DNA of 64,000 nucleotides from Steroidobacteraceae bacterium (GTDB taxonomy: Bacteria; Pseudomonadota; Gammaproteobacteria; Steroidobacterales; Steroidobacteraceae). The notes beneath the pieces were generated by a model. The model saw only the letters and a list, made by a program, of their open reading frames with translations. It was not told the origin of the DNA and did not search any database. Shown here one piece after another: positions 62,739-64,000 of this stretch; within the stretch, counting starts at the first letter, position 1; the number at the start of each line of letters is the position of its first letter. Made by a program: the position numbers and the translations under genes. The stretch spans positions 7,961-71,960 of the forward strand of contig DATDIL010000031.1 of assembly GCA_036521075.1 (NCBI GenBank). Direction: 5' to 3'.

Positions 62739-63412
62739 TTCGACCTCTTGCCATCCTCTTTACGTTAACCGTCACAGCGCTTCCCCTGGCGGCGTCAGCC
62801 CAGACACAGTGGACCGAGGGCAAGAACTACTTTCTGATCACTCCGTCGCTGCATACCAGCGTTGCGCCGGGCAAGGTCGAAGTGACCGAGGTGTTCTCCT
62901 ACGCCTGCCCGCATTGCTCCGAGTTCCGGCCCGTGATCAAGCGGCTGAAAGCCGAGCTGCCGCCCAATGCCGTCTTCACGCTCATCCCGGCTTCGTTCAA
63001 TCCGTCCGAGGACTGGCCGATGTTTCAGCGCGCCTATGTGACGGCCGAAGCGTTGGGGATCGCGGATCGAGCCCATGATGGAATCTTCGACGCCATCTGG
63101 AAGAGCGGTGAACTGGCGGTGGTCGATCTGCAGACCAACCGCATCAAGAATCCCGCACCCACGATCGAAGATGCCGCCAGGGTCTACAACAAGCTGACAG
63201 GAATTGCGGTCGACAAGTTTGTAGCTGTCAGCCAATCCTTCACGGTGGAAGTAAAAATGAAAGCAGACGATGCGTACGTCCTGCACGGTCAGGTCGATTC
63301 CACACCGACCATCGTGGTGAACGGCAAGTACCGCATCAATCCCGACTCGGCCGGCGGCGCGACGCAGCTGCTGCAATTGGTGAAATACCTCGTCGCGAAG
63401 GAATCTCATTGA
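62735..63412 (+). CDS. dsbA: periplasmic thiol:disulfide oxidoreductase DsbA
   Basis: Internal ATG at 62735 (ATGA overlap with the upstream stop), with signal MIRPLAILFTLTVTALPLAASA. Active site FSYACPHCSEF, plus the typical TPTIVVNGKY. Confidence 0.85.
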   Translation: MIRPLAILFTLTVTALPLAASAQTQWTEGKNYFLITPSLHTSVAPGKVEVTEVFSYACPHCSEFRPVIKRLKAELPPNAVFTLIPASFNPSEDWPMFQRAYVTAEALGIADRAHDGIFDAIWKSGELAVVDLQTNRIKNPAPTIEDAARVYNKLTGIAVDKFVAVSQSFTVEVKMKADDAYVLHGQVDSTPTIVVNGKYRINPDSAGGATQLLQLVKYLVAKESH

Positions 63413-64000
63413 TCGAGGCCGGTCGTGGCCCGCTGCTGACGGCCGACACGCACGCACTGATGATGCAGGCACTGCACCGAGGTGCTGCGCACTGCGAATG
63501 CTCGCTTGATCTGGGGCTGTCGGTGCGCGCCGTGGGCCTGACGCCGCAGGGATTCAGCTGGAGCGATGCGCACTATCCCTGGCCTGCGGTGCTGAAGGAT
63601 CGGACGATTTATCACTGGGACGGAAGCGGTTTTGCACCTGTGTCCGTGTACGCAGGCTCGCTCATCAAGCTCGTACCCACACCGTGGGGCGCCCCGACCT
63701 TTGAAATCGATGGCGTCAAGATGTTGCCCACGTCCAAGGAGTCCCCGTTCGAGGATGCGCGCCGCAAGGTCGAACTGGTGGGAGTGTGCGAGCGACGGGT
63801 TCTGGATACCTGCGGCGGACTTGGCTACTTCGCCGCCTGGTGTCGCAGGCTTGGCGCCAGGCGGGTCCTGTGCTGCGAGAAAAGTTCCGCCGTCCTGTGG
63901 CTGCGCGCGCTCAATCCCTGGTCGCCCGCTCCCGATGAGGTACTCGAAGTGCGCAACGTCGCCATCGAGCGGCATATCGGGAGCCTGGCGGATGCCAGCT
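63409..64000 (+). CDS. class I SAM-dependent methyltransferase-like protein, 3' end outside the window
   Basis: Not in the track because there is no stop in the window. My own translation from TTG 63409 (TTGA overlap with the dsbA stop; alternative ATG at 63460): LIEAGRGPLLTADTHALMMQAL...FEIDGVKMLPT...VLDTCGGLGYFAAWCRRLGARRVLCCEKS (motif I-like). Confidence 0.6.
   Translation, partial: MIEAGRGPLLTADTHALMMQALHRGAAHCECSLDLGLSVRAVGLTPQGFSWSDAHYPWPAVLKDRTIYHWDGSGFAPVSVYAGSLIKLVPTPWGAPTFEIDGVKMLPTSKESPFEDARRKVELVGVCERRVLDTCGGLGYFAAWCRRLGARRVLCCEKSSAVLWLRALNPWSPAPDEVLEVRNVAIERHIGSLADAS

Overview
High-GC, gene-dense segment (about 70 genes, few non-coding gaps over 350 nt) that looks chromosomal. 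The organism appears Gram-negative and proteobacterium-like, judging from a System I ccmABCDEFGHI operon, a tripartite RND efflux pump and Tat/Sec periplasmic proteins. In window order I recognise:
- a carotenoid/stilbene-cleavage oxygenase operon
- a secreted S1 protease and an SGNH hydrolase
- SDR, glutathione peroxidase and AKR genes
- a transglutaminase-like protein
- a quinohaemoprotein PQQ alcohol dehydrogenase
- a truncated NmrA gene next to a LigM-type THF-dependent aryl O-demethylase
- an atypical NRAMP transporter, then CsbD, a GIY-YIG-like ORF, MscS and DUF1003
- a two-gene betaine-type ABC importer tail-to-tail with egtB-egtD (ergothioneine)
- a run of stress/redox genes (YflT-like, DsbA-like, divergent SOD, UrcA, CDGSH, SDR, YciI)
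- an amine oxidase, zwf and a LysR regulator
- a periplasmic msrA-dipZ-msrB module preceded by cupin, SnoaL-like and alpha/beta-hydrolase genes
- an Aer-like double-PAS chemoreceptor and uppP
- an OMF-MFP-RND efflux operon
- a REC-HDOD / OmpR-HK / soluble hybrid-kinase cluster
- a KGG-repeat stress protein
- the complete ccm operon and tRNA-Leu(UAA)
- ppgK-like, dsbA and methyltransferase genes

I saw no rRNA, CRISPR, transposase, integrase, phage or recognisable defence genes. Only one GC-poor patch of about 600 bp (27.7-28.3 kb) looks decayed or foreign. I did not find a convincing undescribed multi-gene system, so this reads as mostly ordinary core genome. The leads most worth a second look are:
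1. the Sec-MsrA / DipZ / Tat-MsrB periplasmic repair module, whose DipZ carries a Met-run linker
2. the fused SBP-permease ABC importer abutting egtBD
3. a transglutaminase-like protein with all three catalytic residues replaced
4. an orphan ligM beside a truncated NmrA gene, with a repeated 12-mer over its putative promoter
5. NRAMP and SOD homologues that lack canonical metal-site or second-sphere residues

All calls rest on reading the translations by eye. No database search or computation was run.
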